Positions 9,704 through 18,176 of a stretch of DNA of 64,000 nt are shown in pieces (positions within the stretch are counted from its first letter, which is position 1; every line of letters starts with the position of its first letter). Location: positions 6,541 through 70,540 of the IMG/VR virus record IMGVR_UViG_3300034760_000060. One strand, given 5' to 3'. The notes below the pieces were generated by a model that worked only from the letters and a program-made list of their open reading frames with translations, searched no databases and had not been told where the DNA came from. The translations under genes were made by a program, and so were the position numbers. The stretch comes from a virus.

Positions 9704-10186
9704 TTACCCAGCCCTAGCAAATTCGCCGTGGTACTGCTTTGATGCTTTTTCATAAGCTACTTTTGCTGCCTCAAATTCGACAAAGTAGCCAAGGAACTTC
9801 TTTTTTCCGTCAACGTGAATTTGCGCATTCCACTTGCCCTCGCGCGCTGCCCAGCTCACTCCCTTGGTTCTGGATTTGCTGTCACTGCGTGGCGCTGCAT
9901 TCATTCGATTCTGCGAAGCTGTCACGGCTCTGAGATTTGCTATTCGGTTATCCGCACGGTTTCCATTAATATGGTCAATAATCTCCGGCAGTCCCCCATG
10001 CGTCAGAAGCCATGCAAGCCGATGCGCCTTGATCGTCTTTCCGGCGATCCCGAGGTGCACATACCCCTCCTGACTAACGTGACCTGCATGGGCCCCAACC
10101 CGAATCCCAGCGCGTGGCTTGATCCAGGTAAAAGCGCCTGTTATCGGGTCGTAAGACAGTCGCGGCTTGATTTTTTCGATATCCAT
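9704..10186 (-). CDS. HNH endonuclease with AP2 domain
   Basis: AHRLAW...IDHINGNRADNRIANLR...KGVSW...KWNAQI. Confidence 0.9.
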   Translation of the reverse strand: MDIEKIKPRLSYDPITGAFTWIKPRAGIRVGAHAGHVSQEGYVHLGIAGKTIKAHRLAWLLTHGGLPEIIDHINGNRADNRIANLRAVTASQNRMNAAPRSDSKSRTKGVSWAAREGKWNAQIHVDGKKKFLGYFVEFEAAKVAYEKASKQYHGEFARAG

Positions 10187-10591
10187 TTGTCGCCTCAAAT
10201 TTGGTACAAGCCTCACCGGCAAGAGTTGCGCCGGTGAGGCGGCACGACTGACGTGCGTGAGGCCTGCGCTATCTAGCGCGGCCGATGCCCAGGTATCACT
10301 TCAACGTGCTCTTGATTGGGTTTCGACTTCGCATGCCCGCTCTCCTTAAGTTGGTTAATCGGATTCAAGGCTTTCGGCCCTTGCACCGCCAAAGCCACCT
10401 CGCGGGTGGCAGTGGCGTTCTAGTCAACTTCGCGCTAATCAGGGTTGCCGCCCGAGAAGCGCAGCAGCTAGCCGTATTCAAGCTGGGTTGGTCGGTTAAA
10501 CGCTGCCGCCATATCGTCATGGCTGTCGGCACACAGCACCGGAGAAATCCGGTATAGGCATCGGCAAGCGGTAATTAGGATTGGGAGCATT

Positions 10592-10792
10592 TCAGTCGAC
10601 GCGCGGCAGGCGCTCAAGTGCCGCTTCAGCTTCGGCGAGCGGTCCCGGCGACGGCCTGAGGAAAATCCTGATCGTCGCCAGCGCGCCTTTTAGGTAGCCG
10701 AAGCGATACTCGTCAGCAGGCGAAATCTCGTTGACGTATTCCATGAAGGAGGCCAGGGCGTCGTCGCCATTGCACCAAGCGCCGGCGCTCAT
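10592..10792 (-). CDS. Hypothetical protein
   Basis: 66-aa ORF coupled to the upstream gene. Confidence 0.55.
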   Translation of the reverse strand: MSAGAWCNGDDALASFMEYVNEISPADEYRFGYLKGALATIRIFLRPSPGPLAEAEAALERLPRVD

Positions 10793-11133
10793 GCCATTGC
10801 CCGGTCGTGTGCGGCGTGCTCGGCGCGGGCAGCGTCAGCAGATTCCCGGCGCAGTTCTTTGCTGGTCGGCAGCACGTCGTCACACCAGCAGGACATCGAC
10901 AGCAGCAGATCGGCATCTGCACGCACGCTGATCGTGGTGCCGGGGACCGTGGCATCCGTGACCTTGTAGCCGCCTTCTGTCAGGGAGCCGTGCAGGTCGA
11001 GCGTCAAGCCGGCGTGCTCGTACGAGGCCAGCTTGGTAGGGGCTGGGGCGACGTACTTGGCGAAGATCCAAGGCAAGGCACCGTTGTGCGCGTTGCCGAC
11101 CGCTGCGATTGCGTCCAATTCTGCTTTACCCAT
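10789..11133 (-). CDS. Hypothetical protein
   Basis: 114 aa, GGAG RBS before the start. Confidence 0.7.
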   Translation of the reverse strand: MGKAELDAIAAVGNAHNGALPWIFAKYVAPAPTKLASYEHAGLTLDLHGSLTEGGYKVTDATVPGTTISVRADADLLLSMSCWCDDVLPTSKELRRESADAARAEHAAHDRAMA

Positions 11134-11142
11134 TTCGCTCTC

Positions 11143-11298
11143 CTATCGTGCGCACTCGGCGCTTTTGTTGTCCCGGACCAGCTGCCACCCAAGTTCTCGT
11201 CTGATCACCTCTGGTGTTGGCGGCGGGGTGTTCTCCGCTTGCCTCTGCTTCATCCATTCCCTGACTTGCTGCGGCGAGGGGTGAGTGACCGGTGTCAT
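11143..11298 (-). CDS. 51-aa protein, first gene downstream of pL (not in the ORF track)
   Basis: MTPVTHPSPQQVREWMKQRQAENTPPPTPEVIRRELGWQLVPDNKSAECAR, preceded by GGAG. Confidence 0.65.
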   Translation of the reverse strand: MTPVTHPSPQQVREWMKQRQAENTPPPTPEVIRRELGWQLVRDNKSAECAR

Positions 11299-11335
11299 GA
11301 CGCGCTCCTGGTGGGTTGCTGCTGTCTATGGATGA

Positions 11336-11377
11336 AGTATAGGACAACTATACATTCAATGTAAAGAGAAACTATAC
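11336..11377 (-). promoter_or_regulatory. pL promoter with tandem operators OL1/OL2
   Basis: GTATAG-GACAA-CTATAC (11337-11353) and GTAAAG-AGAAA-CTATAC (11361-11377); minus strand TTTACA-N18-TATACT. Confidence 0.8.
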
Positions 11378-11669
11378 ATTTTTTTCGGAACCGGGTAGAA
11401 TGCTTCTGTCGGAGAAGTTTTTCGCGGTCGCGCTATGTGGTCAGAGTTGACGTGCAGTACTGCGTGGTAAGCGTTGCAGTGGTTGTATAGAAGAAAGAAG
11501 AAGAAATACCGAAGGGAAACTCACACCACAAGACCGAAGGTCGCTGTAGTGAACGTAGTGAACGTGAAGTAGACAGTGTGATTGATTAGCTAAAGAACGA
11601 GCCGCCTTATATAGACACATAGCTTTAGCTACTACGCGTGCGAATACCACAAAACAGGGATGCTAAACA

Positions 11670-12242
11670 ATGAATTTGCAAGAATATTTGCGCGATTTTA
11701 AGCGCTGGCCAGCGACACTTACTGCTGCCGAGTTCGCCGTTTCTGGCGTGCCAGACATGGGGCGTAAGTGGTTGAAGAAGTATCGATATCTTGAGGTCGA
11801 GGCGGATGCAATGCGAGCCGCCTTTGATGCAGAGAGCCAGGATGGTGGGAGGGTGATCATTCGGTCGGGCAGGGTGCTATGGCGCACCACAGAAAAGCCA
11901 GTGTTCGCCAGGCCGAAAGCGTTGGATCAAGGCGGGCGTCCGAGGCCTGCGCGCCGCATCAAGGTCAGCAGCGAGAAGCTGACGCACGCGATCGTGAACG
12001 CCGACGCGTTTCTAGAGTCATTCGAATGGCGCCAGGCTCGCTTTGCAACACTACAGCGGTATGGGCGCAAGTGCCAGTGCTGCGGTGCTACTCCAGCGTC
12101 TGGTGCGGTGATGCATGTGGATCACATTAAATCTCGCCGACGGTTTCCGGAGTTAGCGCTCGACCTCGAAAACCTCCAGATACTTTGCGATGCATGCAAT
12201 CACGGCAAGTCGAATCAAACGGCGGATTTTCGATCTGAGTAG
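11670..12242 (+). CDS. HNH nuclease (C-terminal CxxC-HNH-CxxC) in the immunity region
   Basis: CQCCG...HVDHIK...NLQILCDACNHGK. Confidence 0.85.
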   Translation: MNLQEYLRDFKRWPATLTAAEFAVSGVPDMGRKWLKKYRYLEVEADAMRAAFDAESQDGGRVIIRSGRVLWRTTEKPVFARPKALDQGGRPRPARRIKVSSEKLTHAIVNADAFLESFEWRQARFATLQRYGRKCQCCGATPASGAVMHVDHIKSRRRFPELALDLENLQILCDACNHGKSNQTADFRSE

Positions 12243-12305
12243 CCCAGGGCGCGGAGCTGAGACGGTAGAGCCCGCACGCTGCGGGCTTTACATGGCGCGG
12301 ACGGA

Positions 12306-12542
12306 TCAGGGGAAGTAGGACTTGATCAGCGGCAGAAGCTGGGCCAGGAAAACGGCCGTAACGACCCACATGAGAATTGACGATTTCGCCTCGGCTACCG
12401 ACGCCTTGACGTCTGCAATGGCCGCCTTGCACTCAGCGATATCTGCCCTGGTGGCGCCATTGGCCTTGATCACCGCAACATCGACCTTGATGGCAGAGAG
12501 ATCAGCTTCCAGTTTAACGACGCGGGCTTCCATGTGGTCCAT
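12306..12542 (-). CDS. Coiled-coil plus C-terminal TM protein (XhlA/DUF1640-like)
   Basis: MEARVVKLEADLSAIKVDVAVIK heptads followed by a hydrophobic tail. Confidence 0.7.
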   Translation of the reverse strand: MDHMEARVVKLEADLSAIKVDVAVIKANGATRADIAECKAAIADVKASVAEAKSSILMWVVTAVFLAQLLPLIKSYFP

Positions 12543-12623
12543 CTTCTACGCTCCCGAAAAGGTTGTCAACCAAGCTATGCAATGGTCAACGATCCCTCTC
12601 CAGGGATTTTGATTCGGCGCAAA

Positions 12624-13148
12624 TTACTGTTCGGTGTTAGCAGACTCGGTCGCCGGTACTTTCTTTTGCAAGGGCGTGCAATCGGCCTTTGACTCCGGGA
12701 ATTTTCGCTTCTGGACATCCATCGCCATCATCATGGCGGCTCCGCACTTTTCCATCTCACTCACCTGGCGCTGCATTAATATCAATTTCGTACGCGAATT
12801 GCGCTCGTCAACAATCGATTTTTCAGAAATATCTTGATAGGATTTGAGCCCCACTTGATAGCTGCACGATGCGGAGGCTAACTCGTGCTGGTTCATGGAG
12901 TTAAGTTCGGCAAACTCGTGAGGCTTGCACATGAAGGCGCGGAGATTAAGCGTGACCGGTTTTTGCTGCGCGGGTTGAGGGGATGCAGGGGGCGGTGAGG
13001 ATGTGAGGCGATCAAGGGCACTCAAGCATTGAGTGCGTTTCGGGACCGCCTTCATCGCTACGCATGCCTCTTTGATCAGATCAATATCTGACGCATGAGT
13101 TTGCGCGCAGACAACAAGTGCTACGAAAGGCAAAAAGAATTTTAGCAT
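12624..13148 (-). CDS. Exported Cys-containing hypothetical protein
   Basis: Signal-like MLKFFLPFVALVVCAQTHA; several Cys. Confidence 0.75.
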   Translation of the reverse strand: MLKFFLPFVALVVCAQTHASDIDLIKEACVAMKAVPKRTQCLSALDRLTSSPPPASPQPAQQKPVTLNLRAFMCKPHEFAELNSMNQHELASASCSYQVGLKSYQDISEKSIVDERNSRTKLILMQRQVSEMEKCGAAMMMAMDVQKRKFPESKADCTPLQKKVPATESANTEQ

Positions 13149-13326
13149 TGGATTTCTGCGTTAGAAGCTAGTTGAAATTGCAATTTATTCACATGCATGA
13201 AGCATGCACGCGTCGAATTACGCTCGGTGCGCCCCGCCACGCTCATATGGCACTGCTTCGATAGTTCGCGGGGCCGTGAAGTCGAATCATACAGAGCGTG
13301 ATCGCTAGAAGACTCTCAAATTGTAA

Positions 13327-13554
13327 CTAGGCAAGTGAATCAAGCACCGTTTGCAGCATTGCTTTGATCTCGCTGAGTTCGGCCGGCACATGGTCGGGCG
13401 CTCCAGCTCGTAGCCGGACAAGAATTTCCGTATTCATGGAGTGTCCATTGCGCTCGGCTTCGGCTCGAATCTCAGCGTGAAGGTCAGGCGGCAGACGCAA
13501 AGCTGTCTTGATGAACTCGGCTTGTGTTGTTTTTTTGAAGGGCGGTGTCGTCAT
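13327..13554 (-). CDS. Arc-family ribbon-helix-helix DNA-binding protein
   Basis: TALRLPPDLHAEIRAEAERNGHSMNTEILVRL. Confidence 0.85.
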   Translation of the reverse strand: MTTPPFKKTTQAEFIKTALRLPPDLHAEIRAEAERNGHSMNTEILVRLRAGAPDHVPAELSEIKAMLQTVLDSLA

Positions 13555-14008
13555 CGCCCCATTTTTTCACAGGCTTAAACGCTGTAGTTGTAACCGCCTT
13601 CACCAATGGAGGCACTACAAGCCATACATGTCTTTTCGTAAGGGCAATCTTTCGTAATTTCAGGCAGAATAAAATTCTGAAATGAAAATCATCCCAGAAC
13701 TACTGATGGTATGCGTGAGATTCGGCAATATTGCTCAGCGCACGCCCGCTTCGCAGAATGAAAACTCACGGATATACACTATATTTTTGGTACTGGCAAG
13801 ATCAAAAAAAGGCTGCTAGAATTAGAAAATTAGATAACAAAAATTGCCTTGCGTCATCTACATGGTGGGCTTAATCTTAAGTTGCGCCCCAAGCCATGTC
13901 GCTGACACTCTCGGACCCTAGCACCCGCTCCGAGATGTCAAATTTCAAACCGCCAGATGTGTTGCGGGTAGGATAACTAGAAGTTTTCAGTCTACTCGCG
14001 CCCAATCA

Positions 14009-14197
14009 ATGCTCGGAAGAAATTTAATGCATAGCTCAGAAAAGATGGAAGCGCTCACAGCAAGTGAGCGGATTTTGGTCGAGAACTATCGCCACATCAG
14101 GGCGGACAAGCGTGAGATGTTTATTGACATGTCACGAAGCTATCGCCGCAACTACCCCGTGGAGTCGCCCCGGCTACAGCTTGTTCCTTCGAAATAG
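14009..14197 (+). CDS. Small protein resembling the CI C-terminal helix
   Basis: LTASERILVENYR...KREMFID aligns without gaps to CI LDETEATLIAIYR...DRATLID. Confidence 0.65.
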   Translation: MLGRNLMHSSEKMEALTASERILVENYRHIRADKREMFIDMSRSYRRNYPVESPRLQLVPSK

Positions 14198-14722
14198 AAG
14201 GCTTCCAATGTTTTGGGCGGCAGGAAGTAGGTTCGCTTGATCGATTAGGGTGGCACGGTCAGCGCCTTCTGATTCTCGGTATATCGCGATAAGAGTAGCT
14301 TCAGTCTCATCTAGGCGGTCAAGCCAAGTCAAAGCGTGCCTTGCGCCAATGTGCTGCTCAGCGTCGACTTCAGCTTCCGGACTTTTGATGGTCATGGTTA
14401 AGCGCGGAGGAGATGGCGCCACTTTCGCCGCCTCGTTTAAGCCTGAGGGAGCCAGTTCCACTTTCGCCGCTTGTCCGCCCCTCCCAGCGAGATCAGCAAG
14501 CACGTCATCCGGCAAGCCCTTGCCTGTTATTTTGACAATTCCAACAATCTGCTGAAGGCTCGGCTCGTGCTTTTCGGTTTCCCAATGGGAAATGTTGGCT
14601 CTGCTGTTGCCACGCGACTCCCCTAACTCCAGCGCGAGCTTCGTACCCAGCTCGGCACCGGAGAGGTCGGCCTCCGTTCGGGCCTCCCTGATCCACTTCG
14701 CAATTTTTTCTTTTAGCTTCAT
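14174..14722 (-). CDS. cI: CI-like XRE repressor, no S24 peptidase domain visible
   Basis: Likely start MKLKEKIAKWIREAR; HTH LSGAELG...RANISHWETEKHEP; divergent from cro. Confidence 0.85.
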   Translation of the reverse strand: MKLKEKIAKWIREARTEADLSGAELGTKLALELGESRGNSRANISHWETEKHEPSLQQIVGIVKITGKGLPDDVLADLAGRGGQAAKVELAPSGLNEAAKVAPSPPRLTMTIKSPEAEVDAEQHIGARHALTWLDRLDETEATLIAIYRESEGADRATLIDQANLLPAAQNIGSLLFRRNKL

Positions 14723-14731
14723 AGCCGGATC

Positions 14732-14796
14732 GTATAGCCAATCTGAACAAAATTGGGGTAGAAAAACTTGACATCTATGTATAGAGTTCCTATACT
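14732..14796 (+). promoter_or_regulatory. pR promoter and OR operators
   Basis: TTGACA(14768)-N17-TATACT(14791); operator GTATAG-AGTTC-CTATAC (14779-14795); weaker GTATAG-CCAAT-CTGAAC (14732-14748). Confidence 0.85.
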
Positions 14797-14826
14797 TAGG
14801 CAAGTTCAACAAATTACGGCCTAAAA

Positions 14827-15093
14827 ATGACCCCCGAAGAAGCCCTTGATAAAGCAGTTTCCTACGTTGGAACCGTGCAGAACATGGCAGATCACCTCGG
14901 TGTAACCAAGGGGGCCATCAGCCAGTGGAAGCAAGAAGGCCGCCGCATCCCTGCGGAGCACTGCCCAGCAATCGAGCGGCTTACTGCCCGAGGCGTCCGC
15001 TGCGAGCAAATGCGCCCGGATGTCGACTGGGAGTATCTGCGCCTTGTCGTCGCCGCCAAGCCGCCTCGAAGTCGCGCAAGCCCACCACCCTGA
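14827..15093 (+). CDS. cro: Cro-like (YdaS family) regulator
   Basis: MADHLGVTKGAISQWKQEGRRIPAEHCPAIERLT...EQMRPDVDW. Confidence 0.9.
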   Translation: MTPEEALDKAVSYVGTVQNMADHLGVTKGAISQWKQEGRRIPAEHCPAIERLTARGVRCEQMRPDVDWEYLRLVVAAKPPRSRASPPP

Positions 15094-15150
15094 CACATCG
15101 CCGCCCCGGCTCGTTGACCAATCTCAAAGCACGCTAACCCAGGACTCGCC

Positions 15151-15423
15151 ATGAACACCACTTCGCAAGACGCAGCACTCTCGAAAAAGGCTCTCAGCCT
15201 CGCAATTCTGGCCGAGCTGCGCAAGCACACCGATCTGCTGACCACGCTTTGCCGTCATCAGGATGACGCCGCGACTCTGGCTGACGGTGCGATGAGGTTT
15301 GCGCCTAACCGCACTGCCTCGCCTATGCCGCGTCGGGAGCGCCAGAAGCGCCAGGAAGTAGGGGTTTATGACCCTGTTCTTGGGGTGATTCTTCCTCCGC
15401 AAGCAAATCCTGAAGTTGCTTGA
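15151..15423 (+). CDS. Hypothetical protein
   Basis: 90-aa ORF after cro. Confidence 0.55.
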   Translation: MNTTSQDAALSKKALSLAILAELRKHTDLLTTLCRHQDDAATLADGAMRFAPNRTASPMPRRERQKRQEVGVYDPVLGVILPPQANPEVA

Positions 15424-15589
15424 TCGCCGTCTTAATCGGTGTCTGTCGCAACTGCTTTGCAGTGAGAGGGTCGCGATTCTCGATTGGGATTTTTACGTCG
15501 ACTTTTATGTTGATCCAGCCGAAATCGTATGTCGCCTCGAATTCGGTCATATCGCCGAACTTTAGATGGAGCGTTTGTTTGCAAGTCAT
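15323..15589 (-). CDS. Small antisense hypothetical (possible moron)
   Basis: Lower GC segment; likely start MTCKQTLHLK. Confidence 0.4.
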   Translation of the reverse strand: MTCKQTLHLKFGDMTEFEATYDFGWINIKVDVKIPIENRDPLTAKQLRQTPIKTAIKQLQDLLAEEESPQEQGHKPLLPGASGAPDAA

Positions 15590-15717
15590 GGGGGTTGCCT
15601 TTCGTGTTGATTGTTTTTTTGGAATTAACAAAGTAACACGTTTGGCAATGCCCGCCCATTTTGAAACCGTAGTCCCGCCACCTTTTCCGTGTAGTCCGAT
15701 ATATAGGAGCAATACCA

Positions 15718-15981
15718 ATGTCGCAACCAGCTAAAAACATCCCCGTCAAGTGGTACGCCACAGCAGATTCATTCGAGGCGCACCGCAACAAATGCGCAGC
15801 GCTCGGCATCTCGCAGAGCCAGGCGCTCAACCAGGCCGCGCACCAGTGGATGCGAGAACCGCATATTACCCGGCTGCCAGGTCGCCACGATAGGGCCACT
15901 CTGGTCCCAGTCCGGGCCCGCCGCGCCACGGACTCGCGCAGGCACCGAGGCGGCGCGCCGATGCCCCGGATGTCGGTTTAA
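15718..15981 (+). CDS. Small DNA-binding-like protein (CII position)
   Basis: GGAG RBS; CAALGISQSQALNQAAHQWM helix pair. Confidence 0.6.
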   Translation: MSQPAKNIPVKWYATADSFEAHRNKCAALGISQSQALNQAAHQWMREPHITRLPGRHDRATLVPVRARRATDSRRHRGGAPMPRMSV

Positions 15982-16034
15982 AGGCTTCCGCGTGCTGGGC
16001 CAGTAAGAACAGACGGAGAAATGAGGGGGGCTTT

Positions 16035-16247
16035 ATGCAGAAAACCAACGTGGGCGCAACGCCGGAAGAGCAGATCGTCCACTACGCAATCGAATTCATT
16101 GGAGCGCGTGACGCTCACAAGCGCGCAGCACCAAGCCAGAAGGACGCAGCCAGGGACGCCAAGCACGAAAAGGAGCGCGCCCTGGACAAGGCAGTTAGAG
16201 CTTTGCCCAGGGCGACAGTCAAAACGCCTCCCACAGATACACGATAA
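16035..16247 (+). CDS. Hypothetical protein
   Basis: GAGG RBS, 70 aa. Confidence 0.6.
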   Translation: MQKTNVGATPEEQIVHYAIEFIGARDAHKRAAPSQKDAARDAKHEKERALDKAVRALPRATVKTPPTDTR

Positions 16248-16296
16248 CCCGCAGGAAATCCGCAGGACTGATGCACCACAACGAGGGAGTTGAGAA

Positions 16297-16545
16297 ATGT
16301 CAGCAAAAGAAGAAGTCAAGTACGACCCGAACGGCCTGCTTAACGCCCTGATCAGCAGGCACGGGCTCAAGAACGACGCCGCCCTGGCGCGCTTCATCGA
16401 CGTCGCGCCGCCAGTAATTAGCAAGATGAGGCACCACACCCTGCCGCTGGGCGATTCGTTCGTCGTGCGCTGCCAGGAGATTGGCAAGATGACGCTGGCG
16501 GAAGTTCGCGCGTTCGTGCCTTCGCCGTACGTGGGTGCCGCATGA
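16297..16545 (+). CDS. Small HTH DNA-binding protein
   Basis: YDPNGLLNALI...LKNDAALARFIDVAPPVISKMRH. Confidence 0.8.
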   Translation: MSAKEEVKYDPNGLLNALISRHGLKNDAALARFIDVAPPVISKMRHHTLPLGDSFVVRCQEIGKMTLAEVRAFVPSPYVGAA

Positions 16546-16757
16546 CGACCGCCATCACCATCGGCCTTGCTGCCGCGCTGTGCAGCGCCTGTCAGCCGCA
16601 TATCCCGAAAGTCGAATACGCGTGCACTGCGGCTCAGCGCGAGGCTGCGCAAGTTGAAGCTAGCCGTGAGATCGATGTCGTCGGCGCATCTGACGGATGG
16701 ACGCGCGGCGCTATCTACGACGCTGCGCTTGCGCGGAATTGCGTGGTGAAGTCATGA
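16542..16757 (+). CDS. Putative lipoprotein
   Basis: Hydrophobic N-terminus with LCSAC lipobox-like motif. Confidence 0.6.
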   Translation: MTTAITIGLAAALCSACQPHIPKVEYACTAAQREAAQVEASREIDVVGASDGWTRGAIYDAALARNCVVKS

Positions 16758-17050
16758 CCGCGCCGCTGATCAAGTACCGCACCGGCTGGCTCGGTGATGC
16801 GATCGAAAAGGTTGAGTGCACCCGCGAGACCGACAAGTGCGTGTACCTGGCTGGTCGCGGGAAAAAGGTTGAGCGTCGCGAAGCGAAGCGCGCTGAATTT
16901 GCGCAATACCACGATAGCTGGTCCGACGCTCGGGAGTATTTGCGAGCCAACGCGGAGGAAAAGCGTGACGATGCCGCCACTGCACTGAAGCAGGCCGAAG
17001 CGAAGCTGGCGGCCCTTATCGCCATGAAGCAGCCGCGAGGTGTCGCATGA
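16754..17050 (+). CDS. Hypothetical protein
   Basis: MTAPLIKYRTGW..., coupled overlaps. Confidence 0.65.
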   Translation: MTAPLIKYRTGWLGDAIEKVECTRETDKCVYLAGRGKKVERREAKRAEFAQYHDSWSDAREYLRANAEEKRDDAATALKQAEAKLAALIAMKQPRGVA

Positions 17051-17322
17051 GCGCCCAACCAGTGACCGGCGACCTGCGTGTCTGGCACGCCCCGCAAGTT
17101 CCTGGGAAGCCGTTCCATGTTCGCGTCGCCAGCATCGGCGACGCAAAGCTGGTGCTGAGTGCGCTCGCCGACTATGACCTGTTCCAGTTGGCGAACAACA
17201 TCAAACCGGATTACTGCAACGCGGCCGGCCTGGAAGTCTTCGACGACGGCGAGTGGTGCGAGTGGACCAGTGATGACGGCTATTCAATTGATGAAGTCGA
17301 TGCCGAAGGAGTTCACGCATGA
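17047..17322 (+). CDS. P22 gp17-like protein (anti-exclusion family)
   Basis: LRVWHAPQVPGKPF...LADYDLFQLANNIKPDYCNAAGLE matches, from memory, the P22 gp17 pattern LRVWHIPQVP...LADYDAFQYDNNIKPDYCNANGL. Confidence 0.7.
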   Translation: MSAQPVTGDLRVWHAPQVPGKPFHVRVASIGDAKLVLSALADYDLFQLANNIKPDYCNAAGLEVFDDGEWCEWTSDDGYSIDEVDAEGVHA

Positions 17323-17585
17323 GCGCCCAATCCAAAGCCAAGGCCGCGCAGGGCTATGACCCGAAGCCAGAGCCGAATCGGTGCGCCACGTGCGGGCACT
17401 TCAAGTCCGATTTCGTCCTGCCTGAATGGATGATCAAGTCCAACAGTGTAAAGGCGCGGTGGTCAGCGCCGCTTTACACGCTGGAGAACGACGCGGTCGA
17501 GAAGAACGCTCGTTGTGGGCTCGGCGGCTTTGCGGTCAAGAAGACGGCGGTTTGCAATTACTACATCAATCCGGTGTCGGCATGA
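17319..17585 (+). CDS. Hypothetical Cys-rich protein
   Basis: CATCGHF...RCGLGGFAVKKTAVC. Confidence 0.7.
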   Translation: MSAQSKAKAAQGYDPKPEPNRCATCGHFKSDFVLPEWMIKSNSVKARWSAPLYTLENDAVEKNARCGLGGFAVKKTAVCNYYINPVSA

Positions 17586-17914
17586 GCGCGCCAACCGACC
17601 GCAAGCTGCTGGAGCAGGCCGCCAAGGCGGGTGGCGTCGCACTGTGGCCGCAAGGTGACGCATGGCGCGCCTATGGTAAGCACTACGGCTTTTTGCTGGC
17701 CAACGGGAGAGTGTTGTGGAATCCACTCACTGATGCCGGCGACCGCTACCGCCTAGCGCGCACGCTCGGCCTGAACATCGAGTTCGCTGACTGCCGCGTC
17801 TGGAAGCGCACACCTACCGGCATTCTCCAAGAGTTCTGGGGTTCGGATGCTGCCGGCGACGACGATGCGCACGCCATTGTGCGGCTTGCGGCCGTGATCG
17901 GGCGGGCGCAATGA
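17582..17914 (+). CDS. Hypothetical phage protein
   Basis: WNPLTDAGDRYRLA motif. Confidence 0.7.
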   Translation: MSAPTDRKLLEQAAKAGGVALWPQGDAWRAYGKHYGFLLANGRVLWNPLTDAGDRYRLARTLGLNIEFADCRVWKRTPTGILQEFWGSDAAGDDDAHAIVRLAAVIGRAQ

Positions 17915-18141
17915 TCGGCGCCCCAGCTTTCGCCCTGAGCCGCGAGCGCACGCTGCCGCACTCGCTCGACAACAACGCCTGCTGCGAGTACTGCGGCTTC
18001 GACGCGGCAGAGGGCTATCACCAGCTCGTTTTGATAACGCCGGACCACCTGCAGGTCCGCATGCCGGACTATGCGCGGTTCTGCGAGGAGCGCCGGAAGG
18101 TGATGCGCGAAGTAGTCGGAAATGAAAAAGCCCGGCTGTAA
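17911..18141 (+). CDS. Hypothetical protein
   Basis: CEYCG motif, coupled overlap. Confidence 0.6.
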   Translation: MIGAPAFALSRERTLPHSLDNNACCEYCGFDAAEGYHQLVLITPDHLQVRMPDYARFCEERRKVMREVVGNEKARL

Positions 18142-18149
18142 CCGGGCTT
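18125..18149. terminator. Hairpin terminator-like element
   Basis: AAAAAGCCCGG-CTGTAA-CCGGGCTT. Confidence 0.5.
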
Positions 18150-18176
18150 AGTTTGAAACTTACCTATGGAGTAGGC

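Noticed and set aside
9560-10600. Group I intron around the HNH gene
   Set aside because: Structured flanks are present, but no convincing P7 R/S pair was found and no interrupted host gene is evident; kept only as structured-RNA findings
11545-11575. Short tandem GTAGTGAAC repeat
   Set aside because: Only two full copies in an AT-rich spacer; no supporting context
14722-14812. Longer CI start at 14812 given in the ORF track
   Set aside because: The extension would overlap the pR promoter and OR operators; the ATG at 14722 begins right at the HTH
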